Positions 35,262-49,866 of a stretch of DNA of 64,000 bases are shown here, one piece after another; the first letter of the stretch is position 1, and the number at the start of each line of letters is the position of its first letter. A program made the position numbers and the translations under genes. Under the pieces are notes generated by a model. It saw only the letters and a list, made by a program, of their open reading frames with translations, ran no database searches and was not told where the DNA came from. The stretch comes from Octopus vulgaris. Lineage: Eukaryota. The DNA is taken from the NCBI GenBank assembly GCA_951406725.2, contig OX597836.1:22816001-22880000 (forward strand), read 5' to 3'.

Positions 35262-36987
35262 AAACCAGATCACTGACGATCCCAAGGAATGTGCAGAACT
35301 CATTGCCGAGTGCTATGCAAACATATTCACTGTTGAAAATCAAAATGTACCATCTTCACCATCTCTAACAGCAAATTCCATAACAACTATGGAATTTACA
35401 CCTGCAATGCTGCGACATCACCTTAAAAATAAGCGCAACTATGCCTCCGCTGGTCTTGATGGTGTTACATACCTGCTTCTCAAACGTGGCAGGTACTTCC
35501 TTTTACACCAGCTTCCTATTTTTTTCCAGTACTGTCTCAACAATGGTGCTACTCCGGAGCAGTGGAAAACTGCCAGTGTCATTCCTCTGTTCAAAAAGGG
35601 CGACCGCACATCACCTGTCAACTATCGCCCAGTCAGTCTCACTAGCTGTATTGCAAAACTGATGGAATCGTGTGTCAGAGAAACACTTTGGAACTTCTGG
35701 AGCTCTCACAGTGTCATCCGACCCTCACAATATGGATTTGTCCCTAACTCCAGCTGCAGTGATCAGCTTGTCGAGTTCCTTGAGGACATTACTCAGATCA
35801 CTGACAGTGGCTCATGGGTGGATGTTGTCTACCTTGACTTTGCTAAGGCTTTCAACTCTGTGCCACACAAAAGGCTTATGGTGAAACTCTCTGCAATGGG
35901 TTGAGGGATGATCTTTTTAACTGGTTGAAATCCTTCATTCTCAGCCGAAAGGAGGTAGTCACAGTTCTAAGACAGCATTCTACACCATATGAGATGTCAT
36001 CGGGTGTACCACAGGGATCTGTTCTTGGTCTCCTCTTGTTTGTGGCATACATTAATGACATAGATGCCAATTTAAAGAATGCCACAGTATTGAAATATGC
36101 AGACGACATCAAGCTGTACCTTGAAATCAAGAGGACAGATCCTGTTGTCTACAGCTCTTTCCTGCAATCAGATCTGGACACAATGCAGCAAGGGATCACA
36201 GACTGGCAACTGAAACTGGCTGTGGACAAGTGTACCACCATGCATTTTGGGAGAAAAAACCCTGCATCCACATACTCCCTCCACAACACTGATATCAAGA
36301 AATCCTCTTGCGAGCGTGACCTAGGCATCACTGTCAGCAGTGATTTGCGTTGGACAAAGCATATCTCTAAAATTGTCAAGGAGGCCGAGGGTGTCTTGGC
36401 ATCACTCAGCAAGACTTTTGTTAGCCACTCTCCAGCCATCTATTTAAAGCTGTATACTGCTATGGTACAACCACACTTGGAATTTGTATCATCAGTTTGG
36501 AACCCCTATCTTGCTCAGAACATTGACCTCCTGGAATCTGTTCAGAGACGTGCAACCAAACGCATACCCTCCATCAGACACCTACCATACTCTGAGTGCC
36601 TTGTTTCCCTGGGCATGGATTCACTGAAGCTCCGGTGTCTGGCGATGGACTTGGTAAACACCCACAAAGTTATCAACCACCTCACCAACAACAACACTGA
36701 ACACCTTTTTGATCTCCATGTGTCCAACACACGTGAACATGCCTACAAAGTCAGAAAACAACACAGCTCCCATGACTTTCAGAAGCATTTTTTCACGCTC
36801 AGAGTTGCTGAAGCATGGAACAAACTGCCTGCGTCAGTTGTTGAATGCCATGACACTGCATCCTTTAAGGCCCTCATGCTTTCCGAAATCCGCCGAAACT
36901 ACACCTGATTATACATACACTTTAGATGAGTTGTAGTGCACCTGAGCACTGTACACAATGTTTTATTACTATTATTATTATTATTAT
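35262..36987 (+). mobile_element. 5'-truncated CR1-type LINE, RT domain with one frameshift
   Basis: WKTASVIPLFKKG..NYRPVSLTS..YLDFAKAFNSVPH / SGVPQGSVLG..KYADD..HFFTLRVAEAWNKLP; frameshift near 35900; (TTA)n tail. Confidence 0.93.
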
Positions 36988-37259
36988 GAAGGATACATTC
37001 AAATGGTGACTCACTATTTCTTTTCTTTAACAATTCTAAAGAGATTCTAAAATATCTCAATTTATTGTCATTAAATTTCTTATGCCCATTCAAATCTTAG
37101 GTCAACCTTGTGCGTCAGTTTAGAAATTCGTGTGTACGAATGTATGTGGGTGTATGTATTTACAAAAATAGGTAAAACCGAAATACGTATACACTCACAC
37201 CTATCCATCAATTCATCTATCTATCTATACATACATGCATACATTCATATAACATATAT

Positions 37260-37370
<111 letters not shown>

Positions 37371-38047
37371 AAGGGCATCCAGCCGTAGAAACTCTGCCAG
37401 ATCAGACTGGAGCCTGGAGCGGCCCCTGGCTTCCCAGACCCCGGTCAAACTGTCCAACCCGTGCTAGCACGGAAAACGGACGTTAAACGATGATGATGAT
37501 GATGATGATGATGATATCAGTCCACCTATGCATACCTTTCCTTCTTGGGACACAAAACTCTACTTGTGAAGACCTGTTGAGGCGAGTGTAAATCAAACTC
37601 AAAGTCTAAATCTAAATCAAAATCAAAATCGATCAACATCAATGAAATTTGTAGTTGTGATACCAGTGCCAGTGGCACATAAGAGAACGATCCAAACGTG
37701 GCTGTAGCCAGCGTTACCTTGACTGGCCTCCTGTGCCGGTGGCACCTAAAAACCACCGTCCGATCGTAGCCGTTTGGCAACCTCGCCTGGCGTCCATGCC
37801 GGTGGCGCGTAAAAAGCACCATCCGAGTGTGGCCGTTTGCCAGCCTCATCTGGCACTGTGTTGGTGGCACGTAAAAAGCACCCACTACACTCACGGAGTG
37901 GTTGGCGTTAGGAAGGGCATCCAGCTGTAGAAACACTGCCAGATCAGACTGGGCCTGGTGCAGCCTTCTGGCTTCCCAGACCCCAGTTGAACCGTTCAAC
38001 CCATGCTAGCATGGAAAGCGGACGTTAAACGACGATGATGATGATGA

Positions 38048-38098
<51 letters not shown>

Positions 38099-38150
38099 GT
38101 TAAAGAGAGTTAAGGCCAATTTATAGGGTCACCTATATATATATATATAT

Positions 38151-39112
38151 CAATGGCAACTCCAGGTCATCAGCATCACTTGTGCTCATCACAGATTTTG
38201 CATAAAAGAAGGTAAGAGACATAATTCACACCACAGACTTACATATGCTCGGATGATTTAACAGTAAGCAAGTTTGCCGCTTCTAACAAAAGAATGTCTC
38301 ACACTTTTCCACAATGTTTCTAGTCCCAAATGGCTTATTTTTTATATTTAGCACTGTGTCCTTCTCCATTTCTATGTTAAAAGTAAAAATAAGGCAACCA
38401 TGCAAAACACAGCTGATCTTTTACACATAGACGCACAGAATAATGGCAATCAAATAATGAAAGTGGAATGCACATCAAACTTCTACAATCTGACTGTCAC
38501 CTGTACTCTTGACAAGAGATGTCAGTGCTTTACACCTTACCATGCTTGTTCATATTAGCCCAACTTACTACTGTATAACAACAATCAAATAATGAAACCA
38601 GAGTGCACAACAAACATCACCGATCTGACTGTTGCCTTTTCACCTACCAGGTTCATTTGTGTCAGCCTGAGTTGTTAGATAATTTTTTGTTCCTTTAAGA
38701 ACACTGCAGAGCAGAAAATTTTCATAGATTGGAATTTAAACCCATATCTCTATAGAAATTTAATATTTGAAGTAAATATTGAATTTAAGTTACTTTTAAT
38801 TTTTACGATTGTAGATAACAACTCGGGCTGTAACTTCTGAGCCTGAGTCGGGCACATGTGAATCATGTCAAGAGAACATCTGCTACGAATGATATTTTTT
38901 GACACAGGACACCTCTAAGATGACTGCCAGGCACTGAAAGAAAATAAATGAACTGCGACCAGGCTCAATAAAAGGAGCGCGAGTTACTGGCTGAAATTAC
39001 ATACTTGAAGTCAGTGTTGGTAGAAATTAAATCGGCTTGCAAATACACATTCACTTTACTAAATTTATACTCGGGCCAAGCCCGAACAGCCTGAGAGCCA
39101 GAGTTGCCACTG
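38151..39112. mobile_element. Non-autonomous DNA transposon (hAT-like termini)
   Basis: TIR caatggcaactc / gagttgccactg; subterminal TCGGGC/GCCCGA repeats; TSD obscured by microsatellite. Confidence 0.6.
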
Positions 39113-39569
39113 TTACACACACATATCATCATCATCATCATCATCGTTTAACGTCCGTTCTCCATGCTAGCATGGGTTGGACGGTTCGACCGGGGATCTG
39201 GGAAGCCAGGAGGCTGCACCAGGCTCCGGTCTTATCTGGCAATGTTTCTACAGCTGGATGCCCTTCCTAACGCCAACTACTCCGTGAGTGTAGTGGGTGC
39301 TTTTTACGTGCCACCTGCACCGGAGCCAGGCGAGGCTGGCATCGGCCACGGTCGGATTGGTGCATTTTACGTGCCACCTGCATGGAAGCCAGTCGAGGCA
39401 GCACTGGCTTCGGCCACGATTCGGATGGTGCTTTTTACGTGCCACCGACACGGAAGCCAGTCGAGGTGGCGCTGGCATCGGCCACGATTCGGATAGTGCT
39501 TTTTACGTATCTCCAGTCCAGGGGTCCTGGCATCTGCCGGGTGCCAGTCATAGGATTGGTTTAATTTCG

Positions 39570-39603
<34 letters not shown>

Positions 39604-42600
39604 TCTCTGTTGATCCACCATAAGCAATATACTACAGGGCTCAATACAAATGTAGAGTATTTATCGCTTTAAATTACAACCGGACACCGGAATGAGAATC
39701 TCTCTTATCCTTAATCCAATTCTGTCCTTTTATGCTAGGATTCTACTAGAGCCTTGTCAATCGTGCAAAGCTGCAGGAGTTAGTATTAATATAGAAAGAA
39801 GTGGCTCTAAAGGAAAATAATACAATACACTAACGTCTCGGTAAATATTCTTTTATTCTTTTATCCTTCTACTTGTTTCAGTCATTTGACTGTGGTCATG
39901 CTGGAGCACCGCCTTTAGTCGAGGAAATCGACCCCCAGGACTTATTCTTTGTAAGCCTGGTACTTATTCTGTCGGTCTTTTTTGCCGAACCGCTAAGTTA
40001 CGGGTACGTAAACACACCAGCATCGGTTGTCAAGCGATGTTGGGGTGGGGGACAAACACAGACGCACAAACATATACACACACATACATACATTTATATA
40101 CATATACATATATACGATGGGCTTCTGAAAGACTCCAATTTCCACTACTCAGAGATGCCCGTTTCCAATCAGCAGCTGATCAACCGAGCACGGTTTTCTT
40201 TCGAAATAGTCACAGTTTCAATATGTCTGTATATATGTATATAGAGGCATACGTCAACTTAGGTCAGAAATTGGTGTCAAGACATGTAGTATAAACCGAA
40301 AAATGGCTTAACACTGGAAAAACATTTGAAAAATCTGCCTTAATAAGTGGGTTGTATGTATTTTCACTGGGGGAGCACTCCGTCGGTTATGATGACGAGG
40401 GCCCCAGCTGATACGATCAACGGAACAGTCTGCTCGTGAAATTAACGTGCAAGTGGCTGAGCAATCCACAGACACGCATACCCCTAATGTAGTTCTCAGG
40501 GAGATTCAGCGTGACACAGAGTGTGACAAGGCTGGCCCTTTGAAATACAGGTACAACTCATTTTTGCCAGCTGAGTGGACTGAAGCAACGTGAAATAAAG
40601 TGTCTTGCTCAAGGACACAACGCGTCGCCGGGAATCGAACTCACAACCTTACAATCGTGAGCCGAATGCCCTAACCACTAAGCCACGTGCCTTCACCGTA
40701 TTTTCACTCTAGTTATATTTGATTTTCCACTTCAGTATTGAGCTTTAAGGGGTGTTTAAAATTGTTTTTAAGTATATTCCCTGAGATCAACATAAAGTTG
40801 AAAAGACATAATGCAAAACAACATAAATTGCAGTATGCCTACATATACGTATCTTTCTCTCTCTCTCTCTCTCTCTCATCATCATCATCATCATCATGGT
40901 TTAACATCTGCCTTCCATGCTAGCATGGGTGGGACAGTTTCACAAGAGCCAACCAAGCAAAAGATGGCACCAGACTTCTGTGACTTATTTTGGCCAGATT
41001 TTTACTGCTGGATACCCTTCCTAAAACCAACCACTCAGCAGAGTAGACTTAGTGCTTTTTACGTGACACAAGCACAGATGAGATCAGTTTTGGCCAGGTT
41101 TTTACTGCTGGATGTCCTTCCAAACACCAACCACTTTACAGTGTGGACTGGGTGCTTTTAAGTGGCACCTGCACTGACAGGGTCACCAAGTACTTGAAAG
41201 ACAAAAAAAACTTTCAAGAGGGAAGTGGGCATTGGAGGAGGTGATCTTGTGTCGGATGATGAAAGGTTATAGTGAGACAGAGAGACAGAAACAGGTGTCT
41301 TGCTGTCTTGTTGTAGAGGAAGTACAAGGTTACCCGGCCAGACAGAGAGAGAGAAAGAGAGAGGGAGAGAGAGAGAGAGAGAGAGAGAGATCAGGAATGA
41401 AGACAGAAACAGGTGCACCATCGCAAAGGAAATACATGGTTACCCAACCTGAGGGAAGTGCAGGAGGAGAGAGAGAGAGTGGAAGATAGCAGGATGGTGG
41501 CAAAATGCCGGGCATATTCACAAGGGTTGGAGATCAGAATATAAATGGGGTGGTTGAGTAAAGGAAGAGGGAGATATAGATAGTGGCAAGTGCCAGGGCA
41601 TTGAGGTTCAAATGCCATAATATAAGTGGCTGGATATTGCAAAGGAAGTGTGATTAAAGACTGCAGATGGGAGGAGTGAGTGGCAAAAACCTGGGTACAT
41701 ATAGAGTGATGTGGGGAGGGGGGGCTACCAGATAGCAGGATTGGGGAGTGAGAGCTAGGCATAGTGTATGAAGGAGGAAATGTGAGGAAGAGAAGAGATG
41801 TGGAGATGTAGATTGGTTTGTTGGGGTAGGGTAAGGGAAAAGTTTTCTTGTTATGTATGGGTGGAATACACAGGTCGGGAGCTGGCAGATAGCAATAATA
41901 CAGTGAGACAGGGCATGTGGGTGGAACACACTGATCGGGGGGCTAGCGGAGAGCAATGATACAGTTGCATAGGGCCAAGAGGACAGGATTTGGGAGTGAG
42001 AGGTAAACATGGTGTATGAAGCAGAAATGTGAAGAAGAGAAGAGAAGTAGAGGTAGTTTGGTTTGTTGTGGCATAGCGTGTGTGAGAAGTTTTCTTGTTA
42101 AGTGTGGGCAGGACATACAGCACTTCTAGAACTCAGTTTCGCTGACGTGGCTGAGTCTTCTCTAGAACTTCATTTCAATGTATATCTGAGAAAACCCCGA
42201 GTTAAAAAATACTACTCAAAAAGAAATTATGTGTGCCCAGAATACATTAAATAAATAGTAAATAATTTTCTATTCTGGACACGCATGATTTTTTAACTCA
42301 AGGTTTTCTCCAATATTATACTGCATAATACATATGGATATATATTTTTTATTAATATACATTTTATTAAACATTATTTACATTTGACAGATATTTGCCC
42401 TCATCTTGTTTGTTGTTAACACAACATTTTGACTGATATACCATCCAGCCTTTATCAGGTGTCTTGGGGAAATTTCGAACCTGGTTTCTCATTCCTAAGG
42501 TATTTTATCAATGTTGTTGTTGTTGTTGTTGTTGACAACGATCCGGACAAATTGGATTCACCTCAATAGACATCATTGATAGGTTGAAATTGCCGAAATG

Positions 42601-43067
42601 CAAGAAATTAATGAACAAATAGCTTACAAACTACAGAGTTTTCTCAAGAAAGCCAAGAGAAAAAGATGTTTTATAAACATATTCTACCAGTATACGAAGT
42701 TTAAGAGTGTTTAGTTACAAAGAAATTATTTAAAAAATCTGCCGGTCAAAGCGAAAACATCCCCTAACTCTAACCTTAACCCTAACCCTAAAACTAACCC
42801 TAACGAGTGTGCACAGTAAAAAAATTTGATTAAAACCAATTAAGAATTTGCAAACGATATTGTCGGCCTCTTCGTATCATTAATAATACCTGGCTGGTAA
42901 AAGTAAATTACTGCCACTTGTATCGTCCGATATGTTTGTTTATATGCCACGGGTGCCTGTTTCCCCTTTCTGTTTTATTTTTTAGTATAATATATTTAAA
43001 AATGGATGAATCTTTCTAATTTTGACTAAACCCCAGTGTTTCATCAGAGCAAAATAAATAAATAAAT

Positions 43068-43710
43068 AAGTAAATAGTGCAATAGGTGTAAAACAACATG
43101 TAGTAAACGAGTATGAAAAATAAAATGCGCTGTGGAACGGGAAGGGGAGGAGACAACTCGGAAAATTCACATCGGGAATGTTCCGAGTCCTCTCACCACT
43201 TCCCCATTCGTCGGCGAAAACTTTTTTCTTCATATTCGGGATCTTTTCGGTTTGAACAGCAGTTTTTAACCTAATTTCTAGGTAACTAAAAAATTTTAAA
43301 CTTCGTATACTGGTAGAATGTGTTTATAAAACATCTTTTTCTCTAGGCTTTATTGAGAAAATTCTATAGTTTGTAAGATATTTGTTGGGTTTTTTTTTCA
43401 ATTTCTGCAATTTCAACCAATCACTGGCGTCTATTGAGGTAAAAAAACATTCTGTGCCATATGAATATGTCCCTCGTTTAAGAAACAGATTGGGTTTATT
43501 TACATTTGTGAAGAAAAAAAGATACCCTTCCCCCCACTCCTAACCCTAACCAACCCTAAAACAGATTAAAATGCAATAGATCGATACTAGGGTCATAATT
43601 ATGGGTGACAATTTCATATAACACCGCTAGAAAAAACTGCCGTTCAAACCGAAAAGATCCCATAGTCTTTACTACACATTATTTTACACCTAGTACACTT
43701 TTTTTTTTTC
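43068..43710. mobile_element. Palindromic MITE interrupted by the GGATC MITE; an extra arm at 43800-43918
   Basis: taggtgtaaaacaacatgtagtaaa..ctcggaa is mirrored by ttccgag..tttactacacattattttacaccta. Confidence 0.65.
43239..43660. mobile_element. GGATC-ended MITE (same family as 23386)
   Basis: TIR ggatcttttcggtttgaac / gttcaaaccgaaaagatcc; TSD catattcg/catagtct. Confidence 0.85.
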
Positions 43711-45195
43711 AATTTTTGTGACGGGGGGTGGAGGGTGCAGACTCGAATAATTCACACGATCCAGTAACCCCATTTCGACACCCAATCACAAAAATGAAAA
43801 TAAAAATAGTGTAATAGGTGTAAAACAACATGTAGTAAACGAATAGGAAAAAACAAAACAAAAAGCCATGCACGCTGGCGAACGAGGGGCGGGGGGCGGA
43901 GACGACTCGGAAAATTCAAAAATTCTTTCATGATCTTAGGCAGTCTGGGAATCTTCGAGAAACTCACGACTGGTTTATTTCAGGAAACCCATAACTGTTG
44001 CATAAATATTTGAAAGAATGACCTTCATTTAAGGGAGACACGAAAATGCAATGGTTGCAATCATTAGACGGGATTCGACTTAAGCAGACCACAAGCATAG
44101 CATTTCGATGGATGCAATTAAATGTATTCTTCTTGTTAAGTTTACAATAAGACGTCGGGAGTCGTCCGTTTCGGGTGGAAGTGAGTAATCTTCAATGTAC
44201 AGTCAAGCAGTGCGGAGGTGGCACCGTCACAGAACATATTTCTTCGTCCAGCTGACACTCGACAGACAGATGACATTTGCTACGAACGCCCCGAGGACGA
44301 TGGTCACAACTAAGGAGCTTGTTACAGTGCGTCTTCCTCGGAGCGCTCAGGTTACCCAAAAAGAAGTCTGCAGCGTGCGCGGATATCTCAGATCAGATCA
44401 ATAACACTGGTCAACAAAATAAAACTTTTATTTTCTGGCATAAAATCTTAGATCTGTTTTAGACTAATTTTTGGGTGTTGATTCCAAAACTGACCTCAGG
44501 TTTGCTCTATCACATCACATTTTGGTGCCAAACGGTATATATATATATATACCTTTATTTACCTGGAGCATACCAAAAGTTAACTTTACACCACTGCTTG
44601 CGGGGAATTTTGGCTGGATTGTCATATAAATTTTGAATAATATGATCAAGGTGAATTTTGCTTTAAAGCCCTTCTTTTCGGGTGTGAACTGAACCACTAT
44701 GATCTAGATATGGATACAACATCAAAAAGAAGGTAATAGATTTTAAGAGCAAAACGACAGCATATATTCTTCCTTGGCAAGTCAACTACCAATCTCCGAG
44801 ACATTTTTTGGATTTTGATACTTTAAAACCTTTGAGCAATTTAGTTAATTGCGATAAGTCGGCCTTGCTGTCTGAAGTTATAGTGACTTAAGCATACATT
44901 TTCAAACAAAATATAATGATTCTGCTGGATATTTTTAGATCTTTATGTTTCCAAATGTCTATCTATTGTCTGGAACAGCATTAGCATTTGGGTGTAGCAC
45001 AGCCACACGCGAGTCATCGTTTTCAACATTAACTTGAATTATGACTCCCTTTCGACGAAATATGAAGCACCCGCGAAAACCAAACCTCGTGATACTTACT
45101 TCTCTTAGTAACTTCAAATCAATTATAGACAAGAACGATTTTCTTAAATTTTTTTGCATTGCGTTGCCGTAGATTGCAGTTGTATTAAATAAATG

Positions 45196-45352
45196 GGATC
45201 TTTTCCTTTTGAAAGCCAGATTTTCCTAGTTGTCAAAAAAACTACTTGAAATTATTGTTTTCTTTTGACACATTCTACCAGTATACGATGTTTCAAATTA
45301 TTTAGTTAACTAGAAAAATCTTTAAAATCTGGCTTTCAAAAAGAAAAGATCC
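45196..45352. mobile_element. Short GGATC-ended MITE (same family)
   Basis: TIRs plus perfect 8-bp TSD aataaatg. Confidence 0.85.
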
Positions 45353-45829
45353 AATAAATGTAACCTGATTTTATTATTTTGTGTTGTGAATTTTCTTGAA
45401 AGACATAATCAAATTTTATAAACATTACGGTTTTTTAGTTCTGTTCAGCACACCCAGCTATCAGGATATCCCCCTGCTCCCAGTTTAGCAATAGGCTGGT
45501 TACGTAACTGCGGTCACATTAATGTATAAACTGTGAGGATTTAAGCAAAGCTTACAAAAGCGATAACTTGTATATTGTTAGGTGTATGCATGTGTTACGT
45601 AAGTGTATGTGTGCTTGTGTTGTTAGTGTGCGTTCCAATCAAAACACGATTGAAAATCAATGACATGAATAAAAATCAATGAAATAAAAGTCGTTAAAAA
45701 TATTTCAGGTAAATAATGATATTAAGAGCCGCATATAAATACTTACCTGTGTCCGTTTGGTTGATATTTTTAGTGCAAAGCGTTTAAGGGAGGTGGGAGC
45801 TCGTGCTTGGAAGGCACGTGCGACAGAAA

Positions 45830-45894
45830 TGGACAGACTGCCAGACAGACAGACAGACAGATAGACATATTGATAGACAGATAGATAGACAGAT

Positions 45895-45962
<68 letters not shown>

Positions 45963-46058
45963 GGATGGATGGATGAATGGATGGATGGATGGATGGATGG
46001 ACGGACGGATGGACAGACAGACAGACAGACAGACAGACAGATAGACAGACAGACAGAC

Positions 46059-46108
<50 letters not shown>
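45830..46108. repeat. Compound (AGAC)/(AGAT)/(GGAT) microsatellite
   Basis: Direct reading. Confidence 0.95.
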
Positions 46109-46109
<1 letters not shown>

Positions 46110-47519
46110 AAGGCAGGTAGAGAGTCAAACAAAATGGTAAACCTAAAGTTTCATTTTTCTAGCTGTTAACAGTCGACCTGAAAGAAGCAACAGCTAATTC
46201 TTGCTCAAAATCAATCAATTCTATCTTATAATATGAAGGAAGGACACCCGAATCTGTTGGGGGTGGGCCTCTCAATGATGAATTCCGTGGTTGTTCCCAT
46301 GCATGAAATAGCAACTAAATCTCCCTTAAATCGTATTGTCGCCAACGAGAAAACCTCTCCGTCATTTGCTGGTCGTTCTAGAAATCTCTTTCAAAACGCA
46401 TAGTTAGGTGCGGAAAAGTACATCCAAGTCAACGAGATCTCTATGTGGTTGTTCAACATGCTAGAAACAGAAATCTTATCTCCCTCAAATCACACATGCA
46501 GTTGCATAAAAGAAAATGAAACCCGAAGACAAAGCTCTCTATGTGGTCGCTCTCCATGTCTGAAATCTCCCTCAAATCACGCACTACACCACAAACATAT
46601 AAAAAATAATGGATACAACCAAACCACATCGACCTCCGTGCTTGACTGATACTTTCTTCATCGACTCTGAAAGGATGGAAAAAACAATGTCAACTTCGGT
46701 GAGGTTTAAATTCACAACATTAGGGCGGTCGAAATGCCTCTAAGCGCTTTTATCCGGCGCAGTAACGATTCTTTTCTACTCTAGGCACAAGGCCCGAAAT
46801 TTTGGGGGAGGGGACCAGTCGATTAGATCGACCCCAGTACGCAACTGGTACTTAATTTATCGACCCCGAAAGGGTAAAAGGCGAAGTCGACCTCGGCGGT
46901 ATTTGAACTCAGAACATAAAGACAGATGAAATACAGCTAAACATTCTACCAGTATACGAAGTTTTAAAGTGTTTAGTTAACTAGAAATTGTCTGCCGTTC
47001 AAAAGGAAAAGATCCCTAGAAAATGTAAATGAGTGTAGTTTCCTAATGTTTTGACTGATTTTGTACATTCGTAATTTAAAATGTTGGTGTTGATCTGGGA
47101 ACATCGTAATCAATATGGCGTTGTGTCGTATTACGCCCTCCTTGCATATATCAATGGGTATATGCAGTATCACTAATCTCAATCTGAGCATAGGTACCTA
47201 ATGTTAGCTCCATATAGAGATGGTGCTCAATTGCTCTATGAGGATGGTGGGGGGGATGTGGTGCTTATGTGAGACCTGATATGCTGTACTCACAGAGTCG
47301 CATACATCATTTTATGCATGACTGGCTGTACACAGTATGTGGATTTTCAAGGTGAGCTCTGTTTGGCTGTATGCAAATGAGTTCATTACTGAGGTTGAGG
47401 TCCGGAACTCTTGTGGGGGGAAAAATTCGCACTTGGGGTGGCCCTTCCGTTTGCGGCACCCGGACCCCACAAAAAAAAAAAACATTGCCTACAGCAGGCC
47501 CAAAATCGTGCATTTGCAG

Positions 47520-47589
<70 letters not shown>

Positions 47590-48657
47590 GGTACTATTTC
47601 AATATAATCTATTCTGATTTATAGCCTACAGCAGGATGAAAAGTGCCGCCCGGGACGGGCCGCCTCAATCGCTCCCACTCCCTAGCTTGTAGAATTTATC
47701 TCCAGCTGGTAATGCTTTCTGATTGCTCTGTCAGGCCAATAATTTCCGGAAATCCTCCGGAAAAGACCAGCCAGCTGATTTCCACTGACGCCCAGTTCTT
47801 CCCCGAGAACATCGTTGCCCTTACCCACCACAAATTTTCTGTAGAAAAATGGTGGGACATCCAATAACGGCATTGCTCGACTAGCAGAGGGCTATGAACA
47901 TCTGACAGCACTCAACGTACCAGGGTCCCTGCCTTGGTCTACTCTTGATCCAGGACCGCAGCTCAGTCAAAAAGACAAGTAGTATAAAAGTGCATGCAGC
48001 AACAACAACGATTACTAATATAACTAAGAAAGAAAAAAGAAAGAAGTTAGAAGAAGAAGAAGAAGGTAGAGGGGGAAGAGAACTTATAAGAAAAGAATCG
48101 TTTTGACGTCTCAATAGAGCACAAACTGGTTTTGTAATAAAAAGAATATTCTAATATATGTGCGCGCACGCGTGTATGTGTCTAATGTTATTTTCACATA
48201 GTAGTAATAGATTGTAGAGGGACATCGGAGTCGGCAGCGGTGGTATAGAGAGGCGAGTGTGTTTGTTTTGAAAGGTTAGATGTGAAAAAAGGTAAACATT
48301 AAACAAACAAATGATTGTTTGTGTGTGTGTGTGTTATGTGTTCGATTTGAGGTATTTCCTTTTGGAGTTTATATAGCTTAACTTCTAGCAATGTGATTTT
48401 GCTGTCGTCAGTTGTGAAATACATAAACATACATACATACTTTTACTTTTTCGGTCATTTGACTGCGGCCGTGCTGGGGCACCACCACCTTGAAGGGTTT
48501 TTTGATCTAACAAATCGAGACCAGGACTTTTTTTTTTTCAAATCCTAGTACTTATTCAAATCGGTCTTTTTGCCGAACCGCTAATCTACGGGGACTTACA
48601 CGCACCAACATCGATTGTCAAGCGGTAATGGTGGAGGGAACTGACACAGACACAAAG

Positions 48658-48745
<88 letters not shown>

Positions 48746-49104
48746 TACATACGACAGGCTTTTTTCAGTTATGGGATGACCCAATATATTTTTTATAAAC
48801 AAATTCTTGAATCACACAACACAATGTTTGGCATGTTTACAAATATATACACACAGGGTGTTCAGGTTAAATTTTTACAATGTTTTCATGTTTCCTTTTT
48901 CCAAGAACAGCTTGATCTATTGGTGAATAGCCAACAGCATTGGAGAGCATCAAAATTAAAGCTGTAGTTGAGTAAAACTTAGCTAGCATGGAGACTGGAT
49001 GGCATCTGATTATTGGAAAAGAGTTACCTGTATCATGTTGATTCGTGCCAGGTATCAAGATGCTGATATCATAACTGCTGCATACCCAATGCTCTGTGAA
49101 CACT

Positions 49105-49331
49105 TTAACCCTTTCATTACTAACCCGGCTGAAACCGGCTCTGGCCCTGAGTACAAATGTCTTATTTTCATAAGTTTTGAATTAAAATCTTCCACCAAAC
49201 CTTAGTCACAATTTATTTTCCTAAAACTAGCTGAGTGATAACTAAGTTATTTTACTAAATTCTTTGTTATATTTAAAGTAATTGAAAGAAATACAGAGCA
49301 TCTCAAAATAAATACAGTAACGAAATTTTAA
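49105..49331. mobile_element. piggyBac-like MITE inside a mariner-like left end (48853-49104)
   Basis: TTAA|CCCTTTCATTAC ... GTAACGAAA..TTAA; right terminus degenerate. Confidence 0.45.
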
Positions 49332-49815
49332 AGGCTGTAAGATGTCATATGGACAGCTGTAATGGAGACTACGGAGCTACAGCCAACAGGTAGAGACACA
49401 TTAGGCATTCAGATTGTGTCGGCTCACCAAAATTCATCCCCATATCTATGAGCAGGATCTTAGACTCAATTCAGACAGTGACTTGAAACTTCAGGAAATA
49501 CACCCATACATAGGCATAGGAGTGGCTGTGTGGTAAGTAGCTTGCTTACGAACCACATGGTTCCGGGTTCAGTCCCACTGCGTGGCACCTTGGACAAGTG
49601 TTTTCTTTCAACTCAAACTTTACTTTAATTTTTTTACACATATAGGCGCAGGAGTGGCTGTGTGGTAAGTAGCTTGCTTACGAACCACATGGTTCCGGGT
49701 TCAGTCCCACTGCGTGGCACCTTGGGCAAGTGTCTTCTGCTATAGCCTCGGGCCGACTAAAGCCTTGTGAGTGGATTTGGTAGACAGAAACTGAAAGAAG
49801 CCCGTCGTATATATG

Positions 49816-49866
<51 letters not shown>

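Noticed and set aside
39297-39510. CRISPR-like pattern of constant core plus variable spacer (also 10520-10770 and 58112-58420)
   Set aside because: Spacers are homologous to each other, the array is part of a retroposon 3' region, the DNA is eukaryotic and there are no cas genes.
42764-42803. Telomere or chromosome-fusion site
   Set aside because: Only a few degenerate CCCTAA units, associated with MITEs.
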